From Rhodospirillales bacterium (lineage in GTDB: Bacteria > Pseudomonadota > Alphaproteobacteria > Rhodospirillales > Casp-alpha2), in contig JAFMCK010000001.1 in the NCBI GenBank assembly GCA_017857825.1, positions 9,480 through 73,479 of the forward strand: 64,000 nucleotides of DNA, read 5' to 3'. Under the pieces are notes generated by a model. It made no database searches, was not told the DNA's origin, and saw nothing but the letters and a program-made list of their open reading frames with translations. The position numbers and the translations under genes are program-made. Positions 37,492 through 47,547 of the stretch are shown here, piece by piece (positions within the stretch are counted from its first letter, which is position 1; every line of letters begins with the position of its first letter).

Positions 37492-37504
37492 AAAGAGGAG
37501 TCGC

Positions 37505-37544
37505 AAAAAGAAAACGGCACGTCCGGATGACCCGGCACGCGCCG
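37505..37544 (-). terminator. Rho-independent terminator of ilvE
   Basis: GC-rich hairpin 37515-37526 / 37531-37543 (11 pairs including one G-U on the minus-strand RNA, one bulge, 4-nt loop). It is followed on the minus strand by UUUUCUUUUU. Confidence 0.72.
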
Positions 37545-37574
37545 CTTTTTGTTGCGTAAGTGTCCGAAGAAAGA

Positions 37575-38471
37575 TTATGCGGCGGCGTCTGCTTTGGTTT
37601 TGCCGACGGCACGATCGTAGTCTTCCATCAGGTTTCGGGATACATCCCCCGGCGTGAAGCTGTAGTCGCCGATTTTCGCGACCGGAGTCACTTCGGCGGC
37701 GGTACCGGTCAAGAAGCACTCGCTGGCATTCGCCATTTCTTCGGGCATAATCGCGCGTTCGACCACTTCAATGCCGCGTTTTTTGGCAAGCTCGATGACG
37801 GTTTGGCGGGTGATGCCGTTCAAAAAACAGTCCGGCGTCGGCGTGTGGAGTTTTCCGTCCGACATAAAAAAGAACACGTTGGCACCGGTCGCTTCGGCGA
37901 TTTGCCCGCGATAATCCATCATCAAGGCGTCTTGATGACCGGCAGCTTCGGCGGTGTGCTTGGACAGGGTGCAAATCATATAAAGTCCGGCGGCTTTGGC
38001 GTGCACAGGCTCAGTTTCCGGGCTCGGGCGTTTCCATTTGGCGATCTGCAGGCTGATCCCATTCATCCGTGCTTCCGGCGAGAAGTACGACGGCCATTCC
38101 CATGCCGCGATGGCCACGTTAATGGTGTTGTGCTGCGCTGACACGCCCATCATCTCGCTGCCGCGCCATGCGATGGGGCGAATATACCCGTCCGTAATCC
38201 CGTTGATCTCGCAGGCCTTAATTGACGCCGCGTCGATCTCTTCGATGCTGTAGGGAATTTTGAACCCGAGTTCGCCAGCGGAATAGAACAGCCGTTCCGT
38301 ATGCTGGCGCAATTTAAAAATATTGCCGCCGTACATACGTTCACCCTCAAAGACTGACGACGCATAATGCAGGCCATGGGTCAGCACATGGACTTTGGCG
38401 TCGCGCCAATCCACAATCTCACCATTATACCAAATCTTGCCATCATGATTTGCGAAGTCAGGACCAGACAT
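37575..38471 (-). CDS. ilvE: Branched-chain-amino-acid aminotransferase (class IV)
   Basis: 'KIWYNGEIVDWRDAKVHVLTHGLHYASSVFEGERMY', 'GYIRPIAW' and 'FLTGTAAEVTPV'. ATG 38471 gives the family-typical N-terminus. Confidence 0.92.
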   Translation of the reverse strand: MSGPDFANHDGKIWYNGEIVDWRDAKVHVLTHGLHYASSVFEGERMYGGNIFKLRQHTERLFYSAGELGFKIPYSIEEIDAASIKACEINGITDGYIRPIAWRGSEMMGVSAQHNTINVAIAAWEWPSYFSPEARMNGISLQIAKWKRPSPETEPVHAKAAGLYMICTLSKHTAEAAGHQDALMMDYRGQIAEATGANVFFFMSDGKLHTPTPDCFLNGITRQTVIELAKKRGIEVVERAIMPEEMANASECFLTGTAAEVTPVAKIGDYSFTPGDVSRNLMEDYDRAVGKTKADAAA

Positions 38472-38599
38472 TGTAATTTTCTTTCGTACATTAGGTTTCA
38501 ACAACTTGGATGTTGCGTGTTCTAGCAGCGAAAAGAATATATGTCAATAACACTGACCAATTTTCTTGACTTCACTCATCATGCCTAGGAAAGTGCGGT

Positions 38600-39109
38600 A
38601 TGTCCGATCAACAAACCCGCGGCCGCCCTCGCGTTAATCCACTGTTTCTGCGCGATGAAGATTTGCGCGAAGCCATTGAGCTTTTGTTTTTCGCCTACCG
38701 TGACTTTACCGGCGAGGCGGATGCGGTCCTGGATGCCTTCGATTTTGGTCGTGCGCATCACCGCATCATTTATTTCGTTGGCGCGAATCCAGGCATTTCT
38801 GTGGGTGAATTGCTCGCGATCTTAAAAATAACCAAGCAAAGCCTGTCTCGGGTGCTGAGCCAATTGGTAGACGAGGCCTTTATTACTCAAGAAACCGATG
38901 CCAATGACCGACGCCGTCGTCGTTTGTATCTGACAGATAAAGGCGCGTCTTTAGAACGCCAGTTGACGGATCGCCAAAGCCGACGCGTTGCCGCTGCATT
39001 TCGTGATGCCGGTGCAGATGCCGTGGCTGGCTTCCGTACCGTGATGCGGGGCATTATCAATGAAGAAGATCGGGACCGGGTTCTTCGTTATAGGGATGAG
39101 GCATCGTAA
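38600..39109 (+). CDS. MarR-family transcriptional regulator
   Basis: The wHTH region 'ISVGELLAILKITKQSLSRVLSQLVDEAFITQETDANDRRRRRLYLTDKG' is typical of MarR. Confidence 0.8.
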   Translation: MSDQQTRGRPRVNPLFLRDEDLREAIELLFFAYRDFTGEADAVLDAFDFGRAHHRIIYFVGANPGISVGELLAILKITKQSLSRVLSQLVDEAFITQETDANDRRRRRLYLTDKGASLERQLTDRQSRRVAAAFRDAGADAVAGFRTVMRGIINEEDRDRVLRYRDEAS

Positions 39110-39175
39110 GGCTGCCAATATTTCAAGAGAAACCTCAGACATGACCCCGGTGCGATGAACGTCTAGAATGCCTGT

Positions 39176-39883
39176 ATGATGGATGCACCCGCCACTGCCG
39201 AAGATATGCCGCATGTCCTGGTCGTTGATGATGACGACCGACTGCGCAACTTGATCGCCAAGTATCTTGGTGACAACGGTTTTTTGGTCGCACCGGCCAG
39301 CAACGCCGAAGACGCGCGGCGCTTGATGCAGGGCTTGGCCTTCGACTTGATCGTTTTGGATCTGATGATGCCGGGCGAAAATGGCCTCGAATTTGCGGAG
39401 CGCCTGCGGCAAAAAGACCAAACCCCGATCTTGATGCTGACAGCGATGACGGAAAGCGAAGACCGGATCCGTGGCCTCGAAAAAGGTGGCGACGATTATC
39501 TGACAAAACCGTTTGAGCCGCGTGAGCTGGTTTTACGGATACACAACATTCTCAAACGTGCCCGTGCGCAATCGCCGGAAAACCGCGAAGTCTATTTTGG
39601 TGAAGCGGTGTTTTCGATGGAGCGCGGCGAAATGAAGCGGCGCGGTCGGCGCGTTCATTTGACCGAAGTTGAGACCGTATTGCTGCGTACTCTCGCGGGT
39701 CGCCCCGGCCAAGTGATGACCCGTGATGAACTGGCACAGGCGACAGAAGCGGACAACGAAAGTCGGGCCGTAGATGTGCAGGTCACGCGCCTTCGGCGTA
39801 AAATTGAACGTGATCCGCGCGAACCGCGCTACTTGAAAACCGTGCGGGGAAAAGGATACGTGCTGTGGCCGGACAATCGCTAG
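39176..39883 (+). CDS. OmpR-family response regulator
   Basis: The receiver is 'VLVVDDDDRLRNL...DLIVLDLMMPGENGLEF...ILMLTA...GDDYLTKPFEPRELV'. The winged-helix output is 'LRRKIERDPREPRYLKTVRGKGY'. Confidence 0.88.
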   Translation: MMDAPATAEDMPHVLVVDDDDRLRNLIAKYLGDNGFLVAPASNAEDARRLMQGLAFDLIVLDLMMPGENGLEFAERLRQKDQTPILMLTAMTESEDRIRGLEKGGDDYLTKPFEPRELVLRIHNILKRARAQSPENREVYFGEAVFSMERGEMKRRGRRVHLTEVETVLLRTLAGRPGQVMTRDELAQATEADNESRAVDVQVTRLRRKIERDPREPRYLKTVRGKGYVLWPDNR

Positions 39884-41193
39884 GTCTTTTTATTAAGCGG
39901 TTCTTGCCGAAGTCGTTGCTCGGACGATCGTTGCTGATCATCGTGACGCCGCTTGTGCTGTTGCAGGTGGTTTCGGCGTTGATCTTTTTTGAATCGCACT
40001 GGGACAAAGTGACATTGCGCCTGGCGCGTTCGGTCGCCGGTGATACGGCGATGGTGGTTCGCTTAATGCGGGATTTCCCGACCCCTGAAGACCGTGATTG
40101 GATTTTTGAGCTGGCTTCGCGTCACTTTGAATTTAAAGCGTCGTTTGATCCTGACCGCATTTTGCCGAACAAGCCTGCAGCGACCGACAGCTTGTTGGAC
40201 GAAATGCTATCAGAGTCGCTCCGCTCTATGGTCAATAAGCCGTTCGTGATCGACAGTGAAGGGCTGCCCGACGACGTCGCTATCGACGTACAATTGCCCG
40301 ACGGCGTTTTGAAAATTACCACGACGCGAAAACGGCTGTTCAGTTCGACCACCTATGTATTTGTGATTTGGATGGTCGGCACCTCGTTGATCTTGTTTGC
40401 CGTCGCCATGGTTTTCATGCGGAACCAAGTGAAGCCGATCCGGCGCTTGGCAATGGCGGCCGATGATTTCGGCAAAGGCCGTACACTCGATGCGTTTAAG
40501 CCCGAAGGGGCAACCGAGGTCCGCCAAGCTGCGAGCGCGTTTATGGCGATGCGCGACCGTATTCGCCGTCAAATTGCACAACGAACCGATATGCTGTCCG
40601 GCGTCTCGCACGATCTGCGTACGCCGTTGACGCGTATGAAGCTGCAACTGGAAATGCTCGGCGTAAATGAAGATATCAAGGACCTCAAACAAGATATCGC
40701 CGAGATGGAGCGTATGCTTGAGGGCTATCTCGCGTTCGCGCGTGGTGAAGGCGGCGAAACGCCGGAAAAATATAACCTCTCCGTTTTGCTGCAAGACGTC
40801 GCCGAGAACGCCCGTCGCCAAGGGGCGCGTATTGATCTGCACACCGAAGGGCGGATCGATGTTACTTTGCGTCCGAACGGGTTTCGCCGCTGCGTGACCA
40901 ATTTGGTCGAAAATGCGATGCGTTATGCTGAGCATATCTCGATCCGCGCCGGGGTGCGGGGGGAGGGGATTGAAATCGTCTTTGATGATGATGGTCCGGG
41001 TATTCCAAAAGACCAACGGGCTGAGGTATTTCGGCCATTTTACCGTATGGAGGCATCACGCAACCCCGGCACCGGTGGGGTTGGGCTTGGTATGACGATT
41101 GCGCGCGATGCGGTGCAGACCCACGGCGGCGATATCAGTCTTGAAGACTCCCCGATGGGGGGGCTGCGGGTACGGATTAAGTTGCCACTCTAG
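39865..41193 (+). CDS. EnvZ-like sensor histidine kinase (two TM, HAMP, HisKA, HATPase)
   Basis: H-box 'GVSHDLRTPLTRM', N box 'NLVENAMRY', 'DDDGPGIP' and 'GGVGLGMTIA'. The GTG start overlaps the end of the regulator gene. Confidence 0.85.
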   Translation: MAGQSLGLFIKRFLPKSLLGRSLLIIVTPLVLLQVVSALIFFESHWDKVTLRLARSVAGDTAMVVRLMRDFPTPEDRDWIFELASRHFEFKASFDPDRILPNKPAATDSLLDEMLSESLRSMVNKPFVIDSEGLPDDVAIDVQLPDGVLKITTTRKRLFSSTTYVFVIWMVGTSLILFAVAMVFMRNQVKPIRRLAMAADDFGKGRTLDAFKPEGATEVRQAASAFMAMRDRIRRQIAQRTDMLSGVSHDLRTPLTRMKLQLEMLGVNEDIKDLKQDIAEMERMLEGYLAFARGEGGETPEKYNLSVLLQDVAENARRQGARIDLHTEGRIDVTLRPNGFRRCVTNLVENAMRYAEHISIRAGVRGEGIEIVFDDDGPGIPKDQRAEVFRPFYRMEASRNPGTGGVGLGMTIARDAVQTHGGDISLEDSPMGGLRVRIKLPL

Positions 41194-41196
41194 CCG

Positions 41197-42678
41197 TCAT
41201 GCCCAAGGACGTGGTTCATTGATCGTCCAGGGGTCAGCATCAACCGGCCATACCGGGCGTGCGATATTTTCATGTGCAACTTCGGTCATATCCCAAAGCA
41301 GCGTGCCCGGTGCGGCGCAGTAGATGATCTTGCTGGCAATCGGCGCATACCCTGCGTGAAAATGCTGCATCGATTTGACGATCAAAATCCGCTGCGCCAT
41401 CGGGTCGATGCCGAGCGCTTCAAAAAAATGCGGCATGGTGTTTTGCGTGCGGGCTGAATGAATAACGATATCGATGCCTTCAGCGTGAATCCAAGCGGCA
41501 TCACCCAGATATCGCTTCGAGCCACCCAAGCTGTCGACATAGGCATCTTGAATAATGTTTTTCACCTCAACATTGAGGTCCAACGGTGTCCCCGAGACAG
41601 GGCCGGTTTTGCCGCCAACCCTGAGCGGAAACTTCGCACCGATTCCGGCACCGACGCAGATGCCGGTCGCGACCGGATCCCAAATGCCGCCGACGGCGGC
41701 CATGCCGATGCCGCGCTCCAACATGCGCCGTACAATGAAGGTGCTGTCCCCGGGACCGCCGCCGCCGGGATTATCTGCCATGTCGGCGATGACGGCCGGG
41801 CCGCCTTCGGTCGCGAGTGCGTCTGTGATCGCAGTATCTATATCTACGAAATTCGGTGTGATCTCGTCGCGGATATCCCAAAGTTGACGCCCGAGTTTTT
41901 CCGCCAACGCATCGCCGTGCGCTTTGTTGTTATCTGTGACGACGACAACGCGGGTCCCTTCGTTCGGCACATCGCCCCAAGGGAAGCCATGTCCGAGTGA
42001 CACCGCCAGTACGCCGTCCTTACCTTCCAGCGCGGTCATGCCGTCAACGAACGAGCGCATGGGTTCGCGGGTCGTATGATAGCAACCGATCATGCGGCAA
42101 TCGAAGCTGCTGATCACCGGCTTGGTGCGCCCTTCAAAGACGCCTTCCATGATCTGCCAAAGGTCTTCGGCACGCTCGCGGGAATCCGTATGCGGGTATT
42201 CCTTGTAGATCACGAGTGCCGTCAACTCATCGACGAAGCGGCGCCCGATGTGGCAATGCAGATCGAACTCGGCGGCAATCGGCACGTCTTTGCCGACAAT
42301 CGCCCGGATCGACAGCACCAAATCTTCTTCGCAATCGTCATAACCTTCGGCGACCATGGCACCATGCAGGCTGAGCATCACGGCATCGACGGGCATCGCG
42401 GCTTTCAGATCGTCCAAGATTTCGTCCCGCAAATCTTCATAGACCTTGCGGATCGTGATTCCGGAGGGTGTCGCAAACGCCGATAAACTTTCAACCACGT
42501 CCCAGCCTTTGGCCTTGGCATGTTCACGCCAAATCACCAATGGCGCACCAAACATGTGCGGCACATCACCGTGCTTGCCGCCGCGCACCAGGTGCGAGCT
42601 TTCGAATGCGGCAAGATCGGTGGGTAATGGTGCTTGGGTATGGGTCTCGGTGCCAAGGCACGCGGTGAAAAGTTTCAT
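41197..42678 (-). CDS. M81-family (MlrC-like) metallopeptidase, paralogue 1
   Basis: 493 aa with 'SLHGAMVAEG', 'FDLHCHI' and 'YKEYPHTD', plus an MlrC C-terminal-type domain. It is the last gene of the peptide operon. Confidence 0.78.
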   Translation of the reverse strand: MKLFTACLGTETHTQAPLPTDLAAFESSHLVRGGKHGDVPHMFGAPLVIWREHAKAKGWDVVESLSAFATPSGITIRKVYEDLRDEILDDLKAAMPVDAVMLSLHGAMVAEGYDDCEEDLVLSIRAIVGKDVPIAAEFDLHCHIGRRFVDELTALVIYKEYPHTDSRERAEDLWQIMEGVFEGRTKPVISSFDCRMIGCYHTTREPMRSFVDGMTALEGKDGVLAVSLGHGFPWGDVPNEGTRVVVVTDNNKAHGDALAEKLGRQLWDIRDEITPNFVDIDTAITDALATEGGPAVIADMADNPGGGGPGDSTFIVRRMLERGIGMAAVGGIWDPVATGICVGAGIGAKFPLRVGGKTGPVSGTPLDLNVEVKNIIQDAYVDSLGGSKRYLGDAAWIHAEGIDIVIHSARTQNTMPHFFEALGIDPMAQRILIVKSMQHFHAGYAPIASKIIYCAAPGTLLWDMTEVAHENIARPVWPVDADPWTINEPRPWA

Positions 42679-42696
42679 GATTCCCTCAACGTGATT

Positions 42697-44133
42697 TTAT
42701 TTTACGCTCAATGCCGCGATATCCGGCAGTGGCCGCTGTGTTGCCGGATTGCCGGCCAAGACACCTTCAAGCGCGTGCGCCACTTCGAGCACATGGCGGT
42801 CGCCACCCGGTGGGCCCAGCACTTGAATGCCGAACGGCATACCGTGTGCATCGACGCCGCAGGGCAAGACAGCCCCACAGGCGCTCGCCATCGTCGGCGC
42901 ATAGGAAAGCGAAAGCCAGCGCATGTATGTCGGCATCGCTTCACCGTCAATTTCCGACACGTACCATTCGGCATGGGGGAACGGGGTGACGGCCGCAGCC
43001 GGGCAGATCACGACGTCGACCTCTTCGAACAGTTTCAGCCACGCGCGCGCGATCCGTGTTTGGGACAGGTGCGCTTTGGCGACGTCTTCCAGCGAATACA
43101 GCAACCCGCGCTCCACGTTATCAACCACATTCGGGCTCAAGTCGGCCTTGCGGGTGCGGACCCGTTCACCATGTGCACCGACGAAGACCACGCCGCGCAG
43201 CACTTCAAAGCAGTCGTGCACGTCGGTGAAATCCGGGTCGCGGTCTTGGGCATCGGCAAACACGTGGCGGAAGCTTTGTGCGCGCTCTGCAAACAAGGCC
43301 CGGTTCGCTTTGGATACGGGTGAGCATCCTAGGTCCGTCGAGAATACCGCTTTGATGGCGCTTAAGTCGGCGCCTCGGATCGGATCGATCAACGTCGCAT
43401 CGATGCCCGTGGAATAAGGGTCGCGTGGGTCGGCGTCGACTTGGGCTGCCAACATCAAGGCTGCATCGCCGACGCTTCGGCCCATCGGGCCAAGTACCGA
43501 GAACGGCAGTAAGCCGGCGGGTTTGTTCTCAGACGGCACCGTGCCCGGTGATGGGCGGAATCCGACGATACCGGAAAACGCTGCTGGCGTGCGTAAGCTG
43601 CCGCCGTAATCTGAGCCGCTGGCAATCGGCACCATGCCGGCGGCCAACGCAACGGCGGAGCCGCCTGATGAGCCCGCACAGGTTTTGACGGGATCGAAAG
43701 GGTTGCCGGTCGCGCCGAACACCAGGTTACGGGTATTCGCCCCGGCGCCGAATTCTGGCGTGTTGGTTTTGCCGATGATAATCCCGCCTTCGTCTCGTAC
43801 GTTTGCGACGGACAGTTGATCCGCATCGGGCACATTGTCTGCGTATAGCTTTGAGCCGAATGTGGTGCGCACACCTTCGGTCGATTCCAAGTCTTTGATG
43901 CCGACCGGCAGGCCGTGCAGCAATCCCAAGGCCTCGCCGGCAAGCACCTCGGACTCAGCGGCTTTTGCTTCGTCCATAGCGCGCTCAAAACAGGTTGTGA
44001 CCATGGCGTTGAGTGTGCCGTCGACGGCTTCGATCCGCTGGATGCAGCTTTGCAAAAGTTCGACCGGCGAAATTTCTTTGGTGCCGATACGCCTGCGCAA
44101 TTCTATCGCGCTGAGATCGCAAAGCTCGGACAT
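42697..44133 (-). CDS. Amidase-signature (AS) family amidase
   Basis: 'GLPVGIKD', and 'GKTNTPEFGAGANT...CAGSSGGSAVALAAGMVPIASGSDYGGSLRTPAAF' is the AS Gly/Ser-rich signature. ATG 44133 is preceded by AAGGA. Confidence 0.88.
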   Translation of the reverse strand: MSELCDLSAIELRRRIGTKEISPVELLQSCIQRIEAVDGTLNAMVTTCFERAMDEAKAAESEVLAGEALGLLHGLPVGIKDLESTEGVRTTFGSKLYADNVPDADQLSVANVRDEGGIIIGKTNTPEFGAGANTRNLVFGATGNPFDPVKTCAGSSGGSAVALAAGMVPIASGSDYGGSLRTPAAFSGIVGFRPSPGTVPSENKPAGLLPFSVLGPMGRSVGDAALMLAAQVDADPRDPYSTGIDATLIDPIRGADLSAIKAVFSTDLGCSPVSKANRALFAERAQSFRHVFADAQDRDPDFTDVHDCFEVLRGVVFVGAHGERVRTRKADLSPNVVDNVERGLLYSLEDVAKAHLSQTRIARAWLKLFEEVDVVICPAAAVTPFPHAEWYVSEIDGEAMPTYMRWLSLSYAPTMASACGAVLPCGVDAHGMPFGIQVLGPPGGDRHVLEVAHALEGVLAGNPATQRPLPDIAALSVK

Positions 44134-44144
44134 GTTGTTTTTCC

Positions 44145-45548
44145 TTATGCTGCGGCAGTCTTGGCAGGGGTGCCGGCTTCGCCCAACTCCCACCAAAGTG
44201 CGGTCATAATCTCAAGCGCTTCACGGCACACCGGTGCCAGCACGTGCTCGTTCGGTGCATGTTGTGAGCAGCCGGCATAGGAATGCGGCACCCAAATTGT
44301 CGGCAGACCAAGGATATCCGCAAACGCATCGTTCGGCAGCGAGCCGCCTAAGTTCGGCAGTACGGCAACCTTTTTGCCGCTGGCGTCACCGATGGTATCA
44401 ATCGCCCACTTCGCCCATGGATGATCAGGGTCGAGCCGCGTCGCGTACATAATGTCGCGTTCGGCTTCCAATTCGATCGCGTTGAACCCCTGCGCATCCA
44501 AATGTTCACGTAGGGCCGGCAAGAACTTGTTCGGGTCGGTGCCGACAACAAATCGGATGTGACCGTGTGCTACGGCGCGGGGCGGGATTGCATTCACCGG
44601 ATTGCGGGGGTTGCCGCACTCGAATGCACGTATTTCAAAGGTGTTCCAACCGAACACTTTTTCCGCCGGACTCAGCCCGGGCTCGCCCCACGTCGTATCG
44701 ATTTCAGGGGCACCTTCGCCGCCGCCGACCTCAAGGTCGGCAATGGCACGGCGCACGGAATTGGACATTGGCTTAGGCCGCCATGCATCGATTAGAATCT
44801 TGCCGTTGGCGTCGGTGATGGATGCCAACGCATGCGCCATGATTACGCCTGGGTTCGATAGCAGCCCACCCCAGTTGCCGGAATGGTGTCCGCCGTCGCG
44901 GAGTTCTAGGCTCATGGTGAAATTGAACACGCCGCGCGTGCCCATATACACGGTCGGTCGATCCGGTTGCAGGCGCGGACCGTCCGAAGCGATTAAGACA
45001 TCGGCTTTGAACAGATCTTTGTTCGCCGCGCAGAATTCGCGCAATCCCGGCGAGCCGCATTCTTCGCCGGTTTCAATCAGTGCCACCACGTTGAATCCCA
45101 ACTTGCCGCGGGTTTCCAACACGGCCTTCATGGCAGCCAAATTGATCGTGTGCTGTGCCTTGTTGTCGGCGGTGCCGCGACCGTACCAGCGCTCCCCTTC
45201 GACGACGATCTTCCAAGGCGTTAGGCCCTCTCGCCATTGCGCGTCGTAGCCCCGAACCACGTCGCCGTGGCCATAGGTCATGACGGTGGTCAGGTTCGGG
45301 TCTTCGATGCGGTGCGCGACCAAAAATGGTCCGCCGTCTGGCTTTGGATTTTCGTGAATGTCGCAGGTGAACCCCATGTCCTGCAGATACGGCGTCATCT
45401 CATCGGTGAGATATTGATACAATTCCGGTCTGCGTTCGATCTCAGGGCTTTCGGTCTTAATGGCGACGCGCCGCGCAAGGTCATTCATAAAAGCGCCGGC
45501 GTCGAAATATTCATCAATGGCCGTAATGGCGTCTGTTTTGGTGCTCAA
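44145..45548 (-). CDS. M20-family metallopeptidase / deacylase
   Basis: 'TYGHGDVV', 'GRGTADNKAQ' and 'IETGEECGS' correspond to the M20 metal and catalytic motifs. Confidence 0.8.
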   Translation of the reverse strand: MSTKTDAITAIDEYFDAGAFMNDLARRVAIKTESPEIERRPELYQYLTDEMTPYLQDMGFTCDIHENPKPDGGPFLVAHRIEDPNLTTVMTYGHGDVVRGYDAQWREGLTPWKIVVEGERWYGRGTADNKAQHTINLAAMKAVLETRGKLGFNVVALIETGEECGSPGLREFCAANKDLFKADVLIASDGPRLQPDRPTVYMGTRGVFNFTMSLELRDGGHHSGNWGGLLSNPGVIMAHALASITDANGKILIDAWRPKPMSNSVRRAIADLEVGGGEGAPEIDTTWGEPGLSPAEKVFGWNTFEIRAFECGNPRNPVNAIPPRAVAHGHIRFVVGTDPNKFLPALREHLDAQGFNAIELEAERDIMYATRLDPDHPWAKWAIDTIGDASGKKVAVLPNLGGSLPNDAFADILGLPTIWVPHSYAGCSQHAPNEHVLAPVCREALEIMTALWWELGEAGTPAKTAAA

Positions 45549-46528
45549 GATGCAGCTCTTTCTGGTTTGGCGGTGTCGTCATATAGGTGGCATTCCACAT
45601 GCCCGTGCGGGCGCTTGGTCGGTGTTGGTGCAATTTCGGAACATTGCCCCATGACTTTGGCGCAGCGCGGATGGAATGTGCAGCCGCTGGGCGGGTTAAC
45701 CGGGTTCGGATAGGCGGCGCCCAATTGTGTATCCGGTATACCGAGTGACGGGTCCGGCGTGAGCACGGATTTGAGCAGCGCTTCTGTGTATGGGTGTTCG
45801 GGCGCATCAAACAGGGTTGCGGTTTCGGTTTGTTCGACAATGCGGCCCAAGTACATCACTGCGACGCGGGTCGCGATGTGTTCGACGACAGCCAAGTTAT
45901 GGCTGATGACGACGTACGTCAGATTCAATTCTTTCCGCAGGTCCTGCAGCAAATTGAGAATCTGCGACTGCACCGAGACATCTAGTGCCGACGTCGGCTC
46001 GTCACAAATGACAACCTCGGGACGGTTGATCAGCGCGCGTGCAATGGCGACGCGCTGCCGCTGTCCGCCGGAAAGCTGGTTCGGATAGTTGTTGAATAAA
46101 CGGCTCGGCAGCCCCACCAATTCCATGATCTCTTCGGCCCGTTTGCGCCACGTCTCCGGGTTTGGATCGTTTTGCACCCGTAGCGGCAGGGTGATGATTG
46201 AACCGATGGATTTTCGGGGATTGAGCGATGAATAGGGGTCTTGAAAAACCGGCTGCACCAACTTGGCCATTTCCAGGCGGTGGATGCTGTTGACGGGCTG
46301 ACCGGTCAGCTCAATGGTGCCGCTGGTGGGCGGCAGCAGGCCTAAAAGCATTTTCGCAAGCGTTGTCTTGCCGCAGCCGGACTCACCGACCAACGCCAGC
46401 ACTTCGCCGCGCTCGACCTCAAGGTTGATGCCGTTGACGGCGCGGAGTGGCTTTTTGCCACGGAACGCACCTGCTGAAATCATAAATGTACGGGTGACGT
46501 CGGTAGCGCGGATGACGGTTTCGGTCAT
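45545..46528 (-). CDS. Oligopeptide/dipeptide ABC transporter ATP-binding protein (OppF/DppF type)
   Basis: Walker A 'GESGCGKTT', signature 'LSGGQRQRV', Walker B 'VICDEPTSALD', and the C-terminal oligopeptide-type extension 'PSGCTFHPRC'. Confidence 0.9.
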   Translation of the reverse strand: MTETVIRATDVTRTFMISAGAFRGKKPLRAVNGINLEVERGEVLALVGESGCGKTTLAKMLLGLLPPTSGTIELTGQPVNSIHRLEMAKLVQPVFQDPYSSLNPRKSIGSIITLPLRVQNDPNPETWRKRAEEIMELVGLPSRLFNNYPNQLSGGQRQRVAIARALINRPEVVICDEPTSALDVSVQSQILNLLQDLRKELNLTYVVISHNLAVVEHIATRVAVMYLGRIVEQTETATLFDAPEHPYTEALLKSVLTPDPSLGIPDTQLGAAYPNPVNPPSGCTFHPRCAKVMGQCSEIAPTPTKRPHGHVECHLYDDTAKPERAAS

Positions 46529-47538
46529 GCGACCCCCTTGGTTTTAGCGTTGGCGGCGCACTGTTCGGGGGACAATAAGCAGCGATACGCGTGCCCGGCT
46601 TCATTTGCAGGTCGTAACGCGATATTGCCATCGGTGCAGCTGTCCATTGCGAAGGGGCAACGGTCTGCGAAGTGGCAGGCCTCAAACCGACCTACGAGTG
46701 ATGGGACGATGCCGGGGATCGAACCCAGCGGTTTGCCGCGCTCGGTTTTGCCGGGGATCGGAATGCACTCCAACAAGCCCTGGGTATACGGATGCGTCGG
46801 CCGGTTGAACACCTGATTGGCAGTCCCTTCTTCGACCACTTCGCCGGCGTACATGACGGCAACTCGATCTGCGATCCGCGCCACCACGCCCAAGTCATGG
46901 GTGATCAGGATCAAGCCCATCTCGAACTCGCGCTGCAATTCGGCCAGCAGCAATAGGATTTGCGCTTGGATGGTGACATCCAATGCTGTCGTTGGTTCGT
47001 CTGCAATGATCAGGTCGGGACCGCACATCAGGGTCATTGCGATCATCACCCGCTGACGTAGACCGCCCGATAGTTGGTGCGGGTATTGGCTGAGCCGCGA
47101 TGCGGCGGCGGTGATGCCGACCTTTTCCAGCAAATAGATGGCGCGATCGCGGGCTTCCGCGTTCGATACGTTGCGGTGACGTTTAAGAATTTCCACCATC
47201 TGGTTACCGATGGTGAACGCTGGGTTCAAGCTGGTCATGGGTTCTTGGAAGATCATGCCCATGGTGTTGCCGCGAATGTCCGACATCCTTCGTTCGGGCA
47301 CGTTCAAAATATCTTCGCCGTCGAGTTCGAGGGTGTTGGCGTTGCGGATCGCTTTTGACGGCAACAAGTCCATGATCGCGAGTGAGGTCAGCGACTTGCC
47401 GCACCCGGACTCGCCGACGATGCACAAGGTTTCGCCTTTATCGACGTGAAAGCTGACGCCTTGCACCGCATGCAGCATGCCATTGCCGACGGGGATGTCG
47501 ACGGTGAGGTTTCCAACTTCGAGGATACGTTCACTCAT
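46525..47538 (-). CDS. Oligopeptide/dipeptide ABC transporter ATP-binding protein (OppD/DppD type)
   Basis: 'GESGCGKSLT', 'LSGGLRQRV' and 'IIADEPTTALD'. It has a 4-nt overlap with the downstream ATPase gene. Confidence 0.9.
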   Translation of the reverse strand: MSERILEVGNLTVDIPVGNGMLHAVQGVSFHVDKGETLCIVGESGCGKSLTSLAIMDLLPSKAIRNANTLELDGEDILNVPERRMSDIRGNTMGMIFQEPMTSLNPAFTIGNQMVEILKRHRNVSNAEARDRAIYLLEKVGITAAASRLSQYPHQLSGGLRQRVMIAMTLMCGPDLIIADEPTTALDVTIQAQILLLLAELQREFEMGLILITHDLGVVARIADRVAVMYAGEVVEEGTANQVFNRPTHPYTQGLLECIPIPGKTERGKPLGSIPGIVPSLVGRFEACHFADRCPFAMDSCTDGNIALRPANEAGHAYRCLLSPEQCAANAKTKGVA

Positions 47539-47547
47539 ATGTCGGGC

